Of a DNA stretch of 64,000 bases, positions 1 through 10,683 are shown one piece after another; the stretch's first letter is position 1, and every line of letters starts with the position of its first letter. Location of the stretch: sequence record SRR31156797_5325, one strand, 5' to 3'. Below the pieces are notes generated by a model, which saw only the letters and a program-made list of their open reading frames with translations, had not been told where the DNA came from and searched no databases. The position numbers were made by a program, and so were the translations under genes.

Positions 1-91
1 GCTGCATGTGAGAGTTGATTGTAAGTAGTTTGTAATTTCGAGGGCTTTTTTACTTTTTTCAAATTCCTTCTCCTAGCGCGAAAGAGAGCAT

Positions 92-118
92 AAAAATGCC
101 CGCTACAGTGGCGGGCAT
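92..118 (-). terminator. Rho-independent terminator downstream of malQ
   Basis: Minus strand ATGCCCGC-cactgta-GCGGGCAT followed by TTTT. Confidence 0.7.
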
Positions 119-230
119 ACTAGCGTTAGTTCATCTTACAGAACTCAGGTAGGAGTTAGAGTGACATAACTTAAATTTCTTAGTGTAAATATAAGAAACC
201 ACTAAAATTACCCCCTGGTTTTAAGCTCTA

Positions 231-2411
231 TTATTTGCTGACTTTAGCTCGAGTTTCCGTTAAGCGAGCGGAAATACGGTTAACATCTTCACGTGCGAAG
301 AGCTCATCTAAGTTCATTGACAACTTACGACGCCAGTTTGGATACTCATCAACTGTACCCGGAATGTTTACCGGCTTGTCCATCTCCAACCAGTCTTCTA
401 ACTGAACACTTAACAAAGATGATGAACCTGCGGCCACATGTAACTGTAGTGCTTCACTTAAGTAAGAGTCCATAGGAACTAAGCTCGCATCACGTCCGAC
501 ACCTTCTGGCAGATAACCATGCCATGCCACAGAATCCAAGATGCCCTGTTTACACTTCAAACGATCATCAAATAGCGTCGCTAACTGTTCTTTATCTGGA
601 TAAAGACCAATTTCACCACCCATTTTCAAGTCATCACAATGCCAGAAACCGCGCAGTGTTGGCATATCATGCGTACATAACGCCGCCATTGACTGCGGCG
701 CATAATGTTCAGGAGAGATGAAACCGCCGTCTTTTTTTGATGTTTCGAAGAAGAACACCTTGTATGAGTGCACGCCAGCATCACGCAGTAAATCCACGAT
801 TTCATCCGGAACCGTACCCAAATCTTCACCAATAACGCTACATTGATGACGATGAGATTCAAGTGCCAGAATCGCTAACATATCTTTTACTGGGTAGTAG
901 ATGTATGCACCTTCAGTCGCGCTTTCACCTTTTGGAATCCACCATAAACGCAACAGGCCGAGTACATGGTCAATTCGCAATGAGCCACAGTGTTTCATGT
1001 TGGCTCTTAGAAGCTTAATGAACGCATCATAACCCGTTGCTCGCAACACTTGTGGGTTGAGTGGTGGTAAGCCCCAGTTTTGCCCTAGTGGGCCAAGAAT
1101 ATCTGGCGGTGCACCAATGCTGGCATCCAGAATCAAGTTGCCATCATCAGCCCAGGTTTCAGAACCGGAATCCGCGACGCCAACCGCTAAATCACGGTAC
1201 AAACCCACAGACATGCCTTTTTCTTCAGCCAATGCCTGCGCTTCGTTGATTTGCGCATCAGCAACCCATTGTAAGTACATATATAGATGTACTAAGTCCT
1301 GATTGTCTTCAATGAACTTCTGTACTGCTGCGTTTTCAAAGCGGCGGTATTTTTCAGGGAACACCGGCCAACCCCAAACATTGCTGTCTTCTTTATGTAG
1401 TGTTGCGTGCAATGCGTCAAATGTTGCTTGATGAAGCAGGCTATCTCCACCTTCTTCAACAAAATCCAAGAACGCACGAGCACGATCACTGTTTTTATCT
1501 AAATGACGGTGTTTGAACTCATTAAATAACAGAGGCAGTACACTCATCTTCATCTGAGCAACTTCAGTGTAATTTACCCAGTGAGATTCGCGTGCTTTTT
1601 GCAGACGTTGTTGGAACTCAGCGCTGCCCACTTGCTGCTGTGCTTCAGCACTTAATGCAAATTCAGGTACTGAACTGACATCAATATATAAAATGTTTAA
1701 CCAGCGGCGTGAAGATGGGCTATATGGGCTCGCTCCCTCAGGGTTTGCAGGGAACAATGAATGAATTGGGTTAAGTCCGACAAAATCACCACCACGAGAA
1801 GCAATGTCCGCCACCAACTGTTTCAAGTCACCAAAATCACCGATTCCCCAGTTATGCTGAGTACGTAGTGTGTAAAGCTGGACGCTTGGACCCCACAACT
1901 TTTTGCCTTGCGCTAATGCCGGTTGCTTGTAACATGCTGCAGGCGTGACGATGACCGTCATTTCGTACGGTGCTTTACGACGTTTGCGCGAAACGAATAG
2001 TTTGTGATACCCCAACGCGAGATCGTTAGGTAAAGCAAATACCAGTGGGCCGCCTTCTGCTCGCTCATCACGTACAATCTGTGATTGTAAGTAACCCTCT
2101 AGCACTTCGCCTTGTTCGGTTTCTAAACGCCAGTCGAACTCACTTTCTCTCGCGCTGGTGCCTAAATTTAGCTCAACTTCAATTGCTTGACCTTGGTTTA
2201 CTACCAACACTGGCTCTAGTACATCCGCTTTGTGCTTTTTCTCCGCTGATTTTAGCAAAGCGTCATCACTGCTGGTATCGTAGCCTAAAGAAGCCAGCAA
2301 GCGACGAATCGTTTCATCATCCACTTTTGCTTCATCGCCCCAAGCGCTCACATAGCTGTCGGCAATTTTTGCCATTTCAGCGACTTGTTTTAATGCATTT
2401 TGTTCTTTCAT
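231..2411 (-). CDS. malQ: 4-alpha-glucanotransferase (amylomaltase, GH77)
   Basis: 726 aa; GH77 motifs SPYSPSSR, YRDLAVG, GAPPD, LRIDHVLG, IGEDLG, THDMPT; directly downstream of malP. Confidence 0.97.
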   Translation of the reverse strand: MKEQNALKQVAEMAKIADSYVSAWGDEAKVDDETIRRLLASLGYDTSSDDALLKSAEKKHKADVLEPVLVVNQGQAIEVELNLGTSARESEFDWRLETEQGEVLEGYLQSQIVRDERAEGGPLVFALPNDLALGYHKLFVSRKRRKAPYEMTVIVTPAACYKQPALAQGKKLWGPSVQLYTLRTQHNWGIGDFGDLKQLVADIASRGGDFVGLNPIHSLFPANPEGASPYSPSSRRWLNILYIDVSSVPEFALSAEAQQQVGSAEFQQRLQKARESHWVNYTEVAQMKMSVLPLLFNEFKHRHLDKNSDRARAFLDFVEEGGDSLLHQATFDALHATLHKEDSNVWGWPVFPEKYRRFENAAVQKFIEDNQDLVHLYMYLQWVADAQINEAQALAEEKGMSVGLYRDLAVGVADSGSETWADDGNLILDASIGAPPDILGPLGQNWGLPPLNPQVLRATGYDAFIKLLRANMKHCGSLRIDHVLGLLRLWWIPKGESATEGAYIYYPVKDMLAILALESHRHQCSVIGEDLGTVPDEIVDLLRDAGVHSYKVFFFETSKKDGGFISPEHYAPQSMAALCTHDMPTLRGFWHCDDLKMGGEIGLYPDKEQLATLFDDRLKCKQGILDSVAWHGYLPEGVGRDASLVPMDSYLSEALQLHVAAGSSSLLSVQLEDWLEMDKPVNIPGTVDEYPNWRRKLSMNLDELFAREDVNRISARLTETRAKVSK

Positions 2412-2505
2412 CGCTCTCTCCGAAGGGACTACTTAACCCTTCAAATCGTGTAAGTTGTGTAGGGTGTAATTAGTTTTTGCTGTGTAATTTGATTTAAAAG
2501 CCATT

Positions 2506-2529
2506 CAGCCAAGGCTTTCGCCTTGGCTG
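2506..2529 (-). other. Intercistronic stem-loop between malP and malQ (mRNA stabiliser or partial terminator)
   Basis: Minus strand CAGCCAAGGC-GAAA-GCCTTGGCTG: perfect 10-bp stem with GNRA loop and no immediate U-tract. Confidence 0.6.
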
Positions 2530-2544
2530 TTTGGTGTCACGACA

Positions 2545-4998
2545 TTAACGGTGAACCGGCTCTAACTGCCAAATGTTGTTCACGTAATCGCGAATACTGC
2601 GGTCGGAACTGAATTTACCCACCAAAGCGGTATTGAGAATGGCTTTTTTAGCCCAGCCCGCTTGATCTCGGTACTGCTTATCCATGTCTTCATGCGCTTT
2701 CACGTAAGAAGCAAAATCCGCCAGTACTAAGTAAGGGTCACCACCATCGAGCAAGCTGTCATAGGTTGCTCGTAACTTGGCAGGTTCACCTGGAGTAAAT
2801 TCATCAGTCATCAATAGATCCATGGATGCTTTAAGCAGTGGATCTGCGTGGTAGTAATCGTATGGGTTGTAACCACTTGCTTTCAGTGATTCAACACCGT
2901 CAACTTCAAGGCCGAAGATGTAGATGTTTTCGTCACCCACCTCTTCGCGAATCTCAACGTTCGCACCATCCATCGTACCGATAGTCAATGCACCGTTAAG
3001 CGCCATTTTCATGTTACCTGTACCTGATGCTTCTTTACCTGCAGTAGAGATTTGCTCGGAAACATCGGCTGCTGGGATGATGATCTCTGCCATGCTTACA
3101 CGGTAGTCAGGAACGAATACCACTTTAAGCTTGTTGCCCACACGAGGATCGTTATTCACTTTCTCGGCAATCTTGTTAAGTGCATAGATGATCTCTTTCG
3201 CTAGGTGGTAACCCGGTGCTGCTTTCGCTGCAAAGAACACTACGCGAGGATGCACATCGAAAGATGGATCATTAATGATGCGGTGGTACAGAGACAGAAT
3301 GTGCAGCATATTTAGGTGCTGACGTTTGTACTCGTGCAGACATTTGATTTGAACATCAAAGATTGCATTGGTATCCAACTCAATACCCATGTTCTCTTTT
3401 ACCCAATCTGCCAGACGCTGTTTGTTCTCTTTCTTCACAGCCATGAACTGTTTCTGGAACTTAGCATCACCCGCATACTGAGAAATTGCTTCAAGCTGGT
3501 CCAAGTGTGCTGGCCACTCATCACCAATTTTCTCAGAGATTAGGTTAGACAAACCTGGGTTACAGAACTTCAACCAACGACGAGGTGTAATACCATTGGT
3601 CACGTTTTGTAGACGAGTTGGATACAGTTCGTGGAACTCAGGGAACAAGTCACGTTTCACCAAATCAGAGTGAAGTGCCGCTACACCGTTAACTGCGTAT
3701 GAGCCGACAACACTGAGGTTTGCCATACGAACCATACGGTGGAAGCCTTCTTCGATAATCGATAGCTTCTGTTGTTTCGCAACGTCACCCGGCCACTTAG
3801 CGCGAACTTCTTGCAAGAAGCGGTGGTTGATCTCGTAGATGATTTCCATATGACGAGGAAGCAGACGCTGAATCAAAGATTCGCTCCATGTTTCCAACGC
3901 TTCTGGTAGCAATGTGTGGTTTGTGTAAGCAAATGTCTTAGAGCTGATACCCCAAGCTTCTTCCCAAGATAAACCGCGCTCATCCACCAAAATACGCATC
4001 AACTCAGGAATAGCGATAGTTGGGTGAGTGTCGTTTAGCTGAATCGTTTCTTGCTTAGGAAGATCCGCTAGCGAGAAACCTGCGCCTTCGTGGCGACGTA
4101 GAATATCGCGTACCGATGCAGCACTGTGGAAGTACTGTTGCATCAAGCGTAGTGTTTTACCTTTCTCGTGGTTATCGTTCGGGTAAAGGACTTTAGTGAT
4201 GTTGCCTGCATCGATTAACGAGTGCTGAGCTTCAAAGTAGTTACCGTTGTTAAAGCTTTCCAGAGAGAAAGGAGCAATAGCGCGACATTCCCACAAACGC
4301 AGCGGATAAACCGTTTCACTTTGGTAGCCAACGATAGGTAAATCCCACGGCATTGCTTGAACAACCATGCCAGGAACCCATTTACGGAATTCTTTTCCGT
4401 TTTCGTTGACCACTTCAACGTGACCGTAGAAACCGATTTCCTGTTTCAATTCAGGACGCGCGATCTCCCAAGGGTAACCTTCAACGCCACACCATGCGTC
4501 AGGTGCTTCTTTCTGATGGCCTTGCTCAAAAGACTGTTTGAATAAGCCGTACTCGTAGTGCAGACCGTAACCGACGGTTGGGTATTCTTGCGCGGCACAT
4601 GAGTCCATAAAACATGCAGCTAAACGACCTAAACCACCGTTACCTAGTGAAGGGTCACGTTCTTCTTCAAGAAGATCGGTTAGGTTCTGGCCCAGTTCAG
4701 ACATTGCTTCCGAGATTTGCTCGTATAAGCCCATGCTGATTAGGTTATTACCCGTTAAACGACCAATCAGGAATTCAAGAGACAAGTAGTTCAAACTTTT
4801 TGCGTTTACGATGCGCTCGTCCTGCTCTGTTTCAAGCATGTCGAACGTAGTTAATTCTGCTAGAGCGTGACCCATGGCTAAATACCAAGTACGGCTTGAA
4901 GCGTGTTCAACCGTGGTCGCATAAGTCGCTGTAAGGTTGCGTTTTACGTTCGCTTGGAACGCTGCCTTATCAAACTTTTTTTGTTGCGTAGGTTTCAT
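2545..4998 (-). CDS. malP: Maltodextrin phosphorylase (GT35)
   Basis: 817 aa; LGNGGLGRLAACF, QLNDTHP, NGITPRRW, EASGTGNMK (PLP lysine); the conserved KRLHEYKRQ motif reads KCLHEYKRQ here. Confidence 0.97.
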   Translation of the reverse strand: MKPTQQKKFDKAAFQANVKRNLTATYATTVEHASSRTWYLAMGHALAELTTFDMLETEQDERIVNAKSLNYLSLEFLIGRLTGNNLISMGLYEQISEAMSELGQNLTDLLEEERDPSLGNGGLGRLAACFMDSCAAQEYPTVGYGLHYEYGLFKQSFEQGHQKEAPDAWCGVEGYPWEIARPELKQEIGFYGHVEVVNENGKEFRKWVPGMVVQAMPWDLPIVGYQSETVYPLRLWECRAIAPFSLESFNNGNYFEAQHSLIDAGNITKVLYPNDNHEKGKTLRLMQQYFHSAASVRDILRRHEGAGFSLADLPKQETIQLNDTHPTIAIPELMRILVDERGLSWEEAWGISSKTFAYTNHTLLPEALETWSESLIQRLLPRHMEIIYEINHRFLQEVRAKWPGDVAKQQKLSIIEEGFHRMVRMANLSVVGSYAVNGVAALHSDLVKRDLFPEFHELYPTRLQNVTNGITPRRWLKFCNPGLSNLISEKIGDEWPAHLDQLEAISQYAGDAKFQKQFMAVKKENKQRLADWVKENMGIELDTNAIFDVQIKCLHEYKRQHLNMLHILSLYHRIINDPSFDVHPRVVFFAAKAAPGYHLAKEIIYALNKIAEKVNNDPRVGNKLKVVFVPDYRVSMAEIIIPAADVSEQISTAGKEASGTGNMKMALNGALTIGTMDGANVEIREEVGDENIYIFGLEVDGVESLKASGYNPYDYYHADPLLKASMDLLMTDEFTPGEPAKLRATYDSLLDGGDPYLVLADFASYVKAHEDMDKQYRDQAGWAKKAILNTALVGKFSSDRSIRDYVNNIWQLEPVHR

Positions 4999-5064
4999 CG
5001 AGAAATCTCACTTATCGGTTCTAATCCATCTGAGACATATCCTGCCCCGACAATGCAATGTGAA

Positions 5065-5100
5065 CATCCTCCTATCAGCAGCTGAATTTAGGAGGAGGAG
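5065..5100. promoter_or_regulatory. MalT boxes (GGAKGA) upstream of malP
   Basis: GGAGGA on the minus strand at 5067-5072 and GGAGGAGGAG on the plus strand at 5091-5100, 70-100 bp upstream of the malP start and next to malT. Confidence 0.6.
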
Positions 5101-5132
5101 TTAGGGCGTAGAAGGTGTAACACGGAAGTTGT

Positions 5133-5190
5133 AGTGATCTATCTCTCATTGCTCAACAGTAGACAACAGCTATCAGTGATTATGATCACA
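5133..5190. promoter_or_regulatory. Two CRP-like sites in the malP-malT intergenic region
   Basis: AGTGA-tctatc-TCTCA (5133-5148) and AGTGA-ttatga-TCACA (5175-5190) versus consensus TGTGA-N6-TCACA. Confidence 0.6.
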
Positions 5191-5358
5191 GCACCACCCT
5201 CAATAACCTTAGTCTTTGAATATTGAACCCGTTATTACACCCCCACTTTCTTTTACTCATATTGCATGATTGATCACATTTTTTATTCATCTGTTACTCA
5301 ATTTTCACCATTTCTCGTATACCCCTTAGGTTTAGAGCGCTAACCAACTGCGAGTTTT

Positions 5359-5374
5359 ATTGATCTAGTTCACA
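5359..5374. promoter_or_regulatory. CRP-like site upstream of malT
   Basis: ATTGA-tctagt-TCACA; malT is CRP-activated in E. coli. Confidence 0.5.
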
Positions 5375-5528
5375 TTTTTAGGGCGTAGTTGGCTAGATAG
5401 TGTGAATGATGTGAAATTCGAGAAAACGATCAATAAACGTAGTGAAATACATCATGTAACATCTTCGCCACAAAGGTGACAGAGATCTCTGTTTAAACCG
5501 CAAATAAGAAATTGAAGGAAAGTCGAGA

Positions 5529-8237
5529 ATGTGGATACCTTCTAAACTGACGCGCCCCGGCCGTCTACATAACGCCATTGTGCGTCCAAGAGTGTTAGAT
5601 ATTTTACACAATGCGACTTGCTATAAGCTGGTACTTTTCCGTTCGCCTGCTGGCTATGGGAAAACCACCATGGCAGCACAATGGTTAGCAGATAAGCCCA
5701 ATGTCGGCTGGTATAGCATCGATGACAGTGACAATGATCCTTTCCGCTTTCTGAACTATTTCCTGCAAGCCATTAACAAAGCGACCGATCAAAGTTGCCC
5801 GAATGCGCAAAAGTTAGTGGAGAAACGCCAGTTTTCTACTATCCACTCTCTGTTTAGCGAAGTATTTACTGAGATGGCTGACTATCACCAAGAATGCTAC
5901 GTCGTTCTTGATGACTACCATGTACTGTCTGATGATGAAATCCACGAAGCGATGCGTTTTTTCATCAAGCATATGCCAGACAATATGACTCTGGTGGTAA
6001 CCAGCCGTGCCGCGCCACCATTGGGTACCGCCAACCTGCGTGTACGGGACTTGATGATCGAAATCGGCAATGAACTTCTCGCCTTTGATACCGAAGAAAC
6101 CACACGTTTCTTTAACCAGCGAGTTACCGATGGCGTCGATGATATCACTGCCAATAGCTTGCGTGACTATGTTGAAGGTTGGCCTTCAGCTCTGCAACTG
6201 ATTACTCTTCAAGCTCAATATCAAAAAAGAACCTTAGAGCAAAGTGCAGAGTCCGTTTCTCACTTTAACCATGCGCACCTGTGGGACTACTTAGTTGAAG
6301 AGGTATTCGACCTAATAGACAGAGAAACCCGCCACTTTCTAATGCAATGTTCGGTACTTGAACACTTTAACGATTCGTTAGTCGCAACACTGACCAAACG
6401 CGATGATGCATTAAGCATGATTGAGTCTCTCAATCGTTTTGGCCTGTTTATTTACCCCCTGGAAGGCGAACAAAACTGGTATCGTTTCCATAATTTATTT
6501 GGTGAATTCCTTGCCCACCAGCGTCTCGCCCGAATTCCACAACAAGAACACGACTTACACCGTGAAGCGGCTCATGCTTGGTTAGAGATGAATAACCCTC
6601 ATCAAGCATTGCGCCATTCTAAAATCGCTCAAGACACTGAACTGTTAACAAAGATTTTAAGCCTGCACGGATGGAAGATGTTCAACCAGGGTGAACTGGA
6701 CATGTTGGAGTCTTCTATCAATCTCCTTGATCCAAGTCAGCTCTACCGCGAACCTAAACTCTGTATGTTGCAGGCTTGGTTAGCACAAAGCCAGCACCGA
6801 TATAATGATGTGGGTGACTTATTGGCGAAGGCGGATGAAGAGATGGCGAAACTCAACGTCGAGCTAACCAGTAAAGAGCAAGGTGAGTTCAATGCACTTC
6901 GTGCGCAGGTAGCGATCAACAAAAACGAACCAGAAAAAGCCCTGGAGTTAGCAGAGTTAGCCTTAAGCCAACTGGATACGACCATTTACAGAAGCAGAAT
7001 CGTGTCGACCTCGGTCGTCGGTGAAGTTAACCATGTATTAGGTCAACTCAGCCGAGCACTGCCGATGATGCAGCAAACTGAAAAGCTGGCGCGCCAGTAT
7101 CAGGTCTACCATCAAGCCCTTTGGGCTCTGCTGCAACAAAGCGAAATTTTGATTGCGCAAGGTTATGTTCAAGCCGCTTATGAAGTTCAAGACAACGCAT
7201 TTAAACTGATCGACGAGCATCAGTTACATCAAGTGCCACTGCACGAGTTTTTGCTGCGGATCCGCGCCCAGATCTTGTGGTGCTGGAACCGTTTAGACGA
7301 AGCAGAAGAGTGTGCTTACAAGGGACTGGATGTGCTGGGTAACCACTCTCCAAGTAAACACCTGCACAGTTACTCAATGCTGGCGCGTATTTCAGTAGGC
7401 CGAGGCGAGCTGGATAAAGCCAGCCGCTTCATCGAACAAATTCTCCATTTGATGAAACAGTCCAGCTATCACGTTGACTGGACCGCGAATGCTTCTCTAT
7501 CGCTGCTGCTCTATTGGCAGGCTCGTGGTGATACCGATGCTATTCAAAGTTGGTTAACCACCTCTATTCGCCCTGAGAAAGCGTGTAACCACTTTTCTCA
7601 ACTGCAATGGCGAAACATCGCGCGCGCGCAAATCAACTTAGGCCAACTGGACGAAGCTCAACACACACTTGAGTTTATGCAGCAAGAAGCCAAACAGTAT
7701 GAGCTACTGACTGATATGAACCGTAACCTGATTGTCGAGTCCATTCTTGCGACCACATTCGGTGACGAACAGAAAGCAAGCGAAAAGTTGAAAGAGGCGT
7801 TAACGCTGACTAACCAAACCGGTATGGTGGGTAATTTCCTCATTGACGGTGCAAAAATTGGCAATGTCCTTGAAAAATTGATTCACCGAGGCGAACTGGG
7901 TGATTTAGAACGTCATCGCGCACAACAACTGATGAAAGAAATTTCGACAACACAACGCAGCCGTTCGGTTCACTTTGATGAAGAATTTGTCGAGAAATTG
8001 GTGAATCACCCTAACATTCCGGAGTTAGTACGCACTAGCCCTCTAACCCAACGTGAATGGCAGGTACTGGGATTAATTTATTCTGGATTCAGTAACGAAC
8101 AGATTGCCCAAGAGCTAGATGTTGCAGGAACAACGATTAAAACTCACATCCGTAACCTGTACCAAAAACTCAATATTGCCAACCGCAAAGAAGCGGTACA
8201 TACCGCTGAAAATTTATTGCAGCTGATGGGATATTAA
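5529..8237 (+). CDS. malT: Maltose regulon activator MalT (STAND ATPase with LuxR HTH)
   Basis: 902 aa; [10 protein letters not shown] start, SPAGYGKTT Walker A, LDDYH, C-terminal [16 protein letters not shown] LuxR HTH; divergent from malPQ. Confidence 0.97.
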   Translation: MWIPSKLTRPGRLHNAIVRPRVLDILHNATCYKLVLFRSPAGYGKTTMAAQWLADKPNVGWYSIDDSDNDPFRFLNYFLQAINKATDQSCPNAQKLVEKRQFSTIHSLFSEVFTEMADYHQECYVVLDDYHVLSDDEIHEAMRFFIKHMPDNMTLVVTSRAAPPLGTANLRVRDLMIEIGNELLAFDTEETTRFFNQRVTDGVDDITANSLRDYVEGWPSALQLITLQAQYQKRTLEQSAESVSHFNHAHLWDYLVEEVFDLIDRETRHFLMQCSVLEHFNDSLVATLTKRDDALSMIESLNRFGLFIYPLEGEQNWYRFHNLFGEFLAHQRLARIPQQEHDLHREAAHAWLEMNNPHQALRHSKIAQDTELLTKILSLHGWKMFNQGELDMLESSINLLDPSQLYREPKLCMLQAWLAQSQHRYNDVGDLLAKADEEMAKLNVELTSKEQGEFNALRAQVAINKNEPEKALELAELALSQLDTTIYRSRIVSTSVVGEVNHVLGQLSRALPMMQQTEKLARQYQVYHQALWALLQQSEILIAQGYVQAAYEVQDNAFKLIDEHQLHQVPLHEFLLRIRAQILWCWNRLDEAEECAYKGLDVLGNHSPSKHLHSYSMLARISVGRGELDKASRFIEQILHLMKQSSYHVDWTANASLSLLLYWQARGDTDAIQSWLTTSIRPEKACNHFSQLQWRNIARAQINLGQLDEAQHTLEFMQQEAKQYELLTDMNRNLIVESILATTFGDEQKASEKLKEALTLTNQTGMVGNFLIDGAKIGNVLEKLIHRGELGDLERHRAQQLMKEISTTQRSRSVHFDEEFVEKLVNHPNIPELVRTSPLTQREWQVLGLIYSGFSNEQIAQELDVAGTTIKTHIRNLYQKLNIANRKEAVHTAENLLQLMGY

Positions 8238-8240
8238 GTA

Positions 8241-8270
8241 AAAAATGCCGCTCCTGAGAAGCGGCATTTT
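8241..8270. terminator. Bidirectional terminator shared by malT and the convergent FtsK/WXG100 operon
   Basis: AAAATGCCGCT-cctgaga-AGCGGCATTTT. Confidence 0.85.
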
Positions 8271-8273
8271 CCA

Positions 8274-10673
8274 TTAACCTCTGTTTATATTCACTTGATG
8301 CTTGGTGTTGTCTTTACCATGAGAGACCCACAGACGCTTGGTTTGATACCCCGGAGCACTCACCTGAACATCGTAGTTCCCCGCCGGCAACATCATTCCA
8401 GGCTCATAACGTGGCTTGATGTTCATTACTCTGATCGTCGCCTGTTTAGCGTTAGTTAACACCTCAAATGGCATATCTTTCAGCTGACCGGTTTTGCTAA
8501 TGGCTTGCTTTTGCTCTTCAAATCCTTTGCGCATTTCAGCCGAAGCTAACGCTTTAGGTGGATTCAGTTTAGCCATCACATGCTTATCTAACTCACCAAT
8601 TGAATGCTCTAACGTATTCTTAAATAACTGGGTAATCATCATGTTTTGATCGAGCTTAGCGCCGACGGGTTGCACTATCGGTTGAGTATGTAGCACCCAT
8701 TTGAGCGCAATAGAGCCGACGGGAGAGACCGTTTCATCAAACTTATCTAAGAAGTACGATGTGGTTGATTTCTCCTCGGTAAATTTTGAGCTTCCAACCA
8801 GAAGAGGAACCGCAAATACCGCAGCAATAAGTAGGGCTGATAACACAGGGCCAATGTACTTCTCTGCTGGATGTTGCTGCTCAGAAAAGTCTTTATCGTA
8901 GTCAATTAACGCCCAGAACTTAAATGGCAATTTCACCACTGTAAGCAGTACTAGCAGCAAAGAGAGCGACATCGAAATCGGTGGAACAATAATTGAACGC
9001 AGCGCCGATTTACCATTTTCAGCTAATGGTGCACCATCTTCAAACTGAGAGCGAGCCGATTCAATATAACGAAGCCAGTACTCTGTCTCGCGCTGGATAT
9101 TAACCTTGATAACTTTGTCATGGAACTGACGGTTGTTCCAATCAGCCATCATTGGCTTCACATAGTTACGCTCCCCCATTTTCGCCAGAATACGTTCCTG
9201 AATCTGAGGATGTCTTTGGAACTGACGCCAAGAAAGGTTCGGTTTTAGATCTAAACCTCGTTGGACCATTTCCACTTTCCACTGGCGTTTGGTCTCTTCT
9301 CTTACTCGACTTCTCACCGCCTGTTTAAACTTGGTGATTTGTGCAACCTGCCAGTTTGACGGAAGCTTGATACCTTTACTGGCAACGCGCTTACGCACTT
9401 TGCTTGCGGTCGTTGGGTGTGAACGGAAAGTTTGGATTCGGTCTATCCCCATTGGGTAGCCAGTTTCCTTTTGAAATTTATCTTTCCACAACACCAGAAT
9501 GCGAGGGCGATATTCCGCTACATCATCGGTGTAAACCATGCGAATATTTTGTTCGCCTCCTTGGCCTGTCACCAGCTCTAAACCAGCAACCACAGCCGAA
9601 AGCCCAAGGCTCCAAGCGGTATCAGACAAGGTTGTGGTTCCTTTGGTTCTGCCCACTTCACGAACCAACCAGTAATCCATTTCCTTGTATGGTAAACCGG
9701 CGTTCTTTAACGTTTTAACATATCTTTTCTCAACGTCGGTAATACAACGATTCAAACGCTCTTGTCTGTTTTTCTTGCCACCGTAGCGATCAATACATTT
9801 GTTTCTCTTTTCAAAATGATTGAAGATTTTTGGTGCAATTTTTTGTGCTCTAGCTTCCGCTCGAGCCATATAGGATTTTTCAGCGTTTTTATAGTCTTTC
9901 CAACCTTGAGAAATCTGCGTTTCGACGTCTTCCCATGCTTTGTTTGCTCTTGATGAAGCACTGTTCATCGAAGCGTTATAACGATCAACACCAGTCATGT
10001 ATTGCTTATAAGAGTCCGCAATTTGAACCCGCATTTTCTTATAATCATTAAAATAATCATCAAACTGCGAGTTCGCTTTGTTCTCAATATAGCGACTTAA
10101 GATATCGCGCTTTTTAGACTCGACATGCTGAATGAACTCATCATTGGCATACACAAGCCCGCCCATCATCGCAAGAAACGTCATTTCACTCGGAGAAGAA
10201 GCATAATCAGACTGATACGGAATCCCTTTAATTTGAACCGCGTTAGCAGCCAAACTGGAGCGCAGCACGGAGGCAAAAAAGGCTTCTTGCCGCTGCTGTG
10301 AAGTCGACGGTTCAACCAACCATTTGTCGATCAGTAGTTTCTGCCCGAAGAACACCGTAGGCCAAACAAGAATGGCCACCAAAATAAAGCTACCAATGGC
10401 TCTTGGTGCGGTGCTCACCAACTTACCTTTAAGCAGTAAATCGGCAATCAACAGTGTGACGCCCAAACCGGAAATTGAGCGTCCAAATAACTCAATCAAG
10501 TGGAGTGTTTGATCATCAACATTCGCGCCACCAGCCACTTCAACTAACTTGGCATTGAACACCATCTCTGGAACAAGATAGACAAGAGACAACACAAACA
10601 AGGTAATGGCAAACCATTTCGGTTTTGGCCGAGTCGCTATCGAAGTAGCGGTTTTTTTATTGCTTTCTGACAT
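8274..10673 (-). CDS. Large polytopic membrane protein with a long basic soluble domain and a C-terminal PEGA-like beta domain; function unknown
   Basis: 799 aa; hydrophobic segments near the N-terminus and at about aa 560-630; C-terminal IRVMNIKPRYEPGMMLPAGNYDVQVSAPGYQTKRLWV resembles PEGA/carboxypeptidase-regulatory-like domains; last gene of the operon. Confidence 0.7.
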   Translation of the reverse strand: MSESNKKTATSIATRPKPKWFAITLFVLSLVYLVPEMVFNAKLVEVAGGANVDDQTLHLIELFGRSISGLGVTLLIADLLLKGKLVSTAPRAIGSFILVAILVWPTVFFGQKLLIDKWLVEPSTSQQRQEAFFASVLRSSLAANAVQIKGIPYQSDYASSPSEMTFLAMMGGLVYANDEFIQHVESKKRDILSRYIENKANSQFDDYFNDYKKMRVQIADSYKQYMTGVDRYNASMNSASSRANKAWEDVETQISQGWKDYKNAEKSYMARAEARAQKIAPKIFNHFEKRNKCIDRYGGKKNRQERLNRCITDVEKRYVKTLKNAGLPYKEMDYWLVREVGRTKGTTTLSDTAWSLGLSAVVAGLELVTGQGGEQNIRMVYTDDVAEYRPRILVLWKDKFQKETGYPMGIDRIQTFRSHPTTASKVRKRVASKGIKLPSNWQVAQITKFKQAVRSRVREETKRQWKVEMVQRGLDLKPNLSWRQFQRHPQIQERILAKMGERNYVKPMMADWNNRQFHDKVIKVNIQRETEYWLRYIESARSQFEDGAPLAENGKSALRSIIVPPISMSLSLLLVLLTVVKLPFKFWALIDYDKDFSEQQHPAEKYIGPVLSALLIAAVFAVPLLVGSSKFTEEKSTTSYFLDKFDETVSPVGSIALKWVLHTQPIVQPVGAKLDQNMMITQLFKNTLEHSIGELDKHVMAKLNPPKALASAEMRKGFEEQKQAISKTGQLKDMPFEVLTNAKQATIRVMNIKPRYEPGMMLPAGNYDVQVSAPGYQTKRLWVSHGKDNTKHQVNINRG

Positions 10674-10683
10674 TATTAAATAC

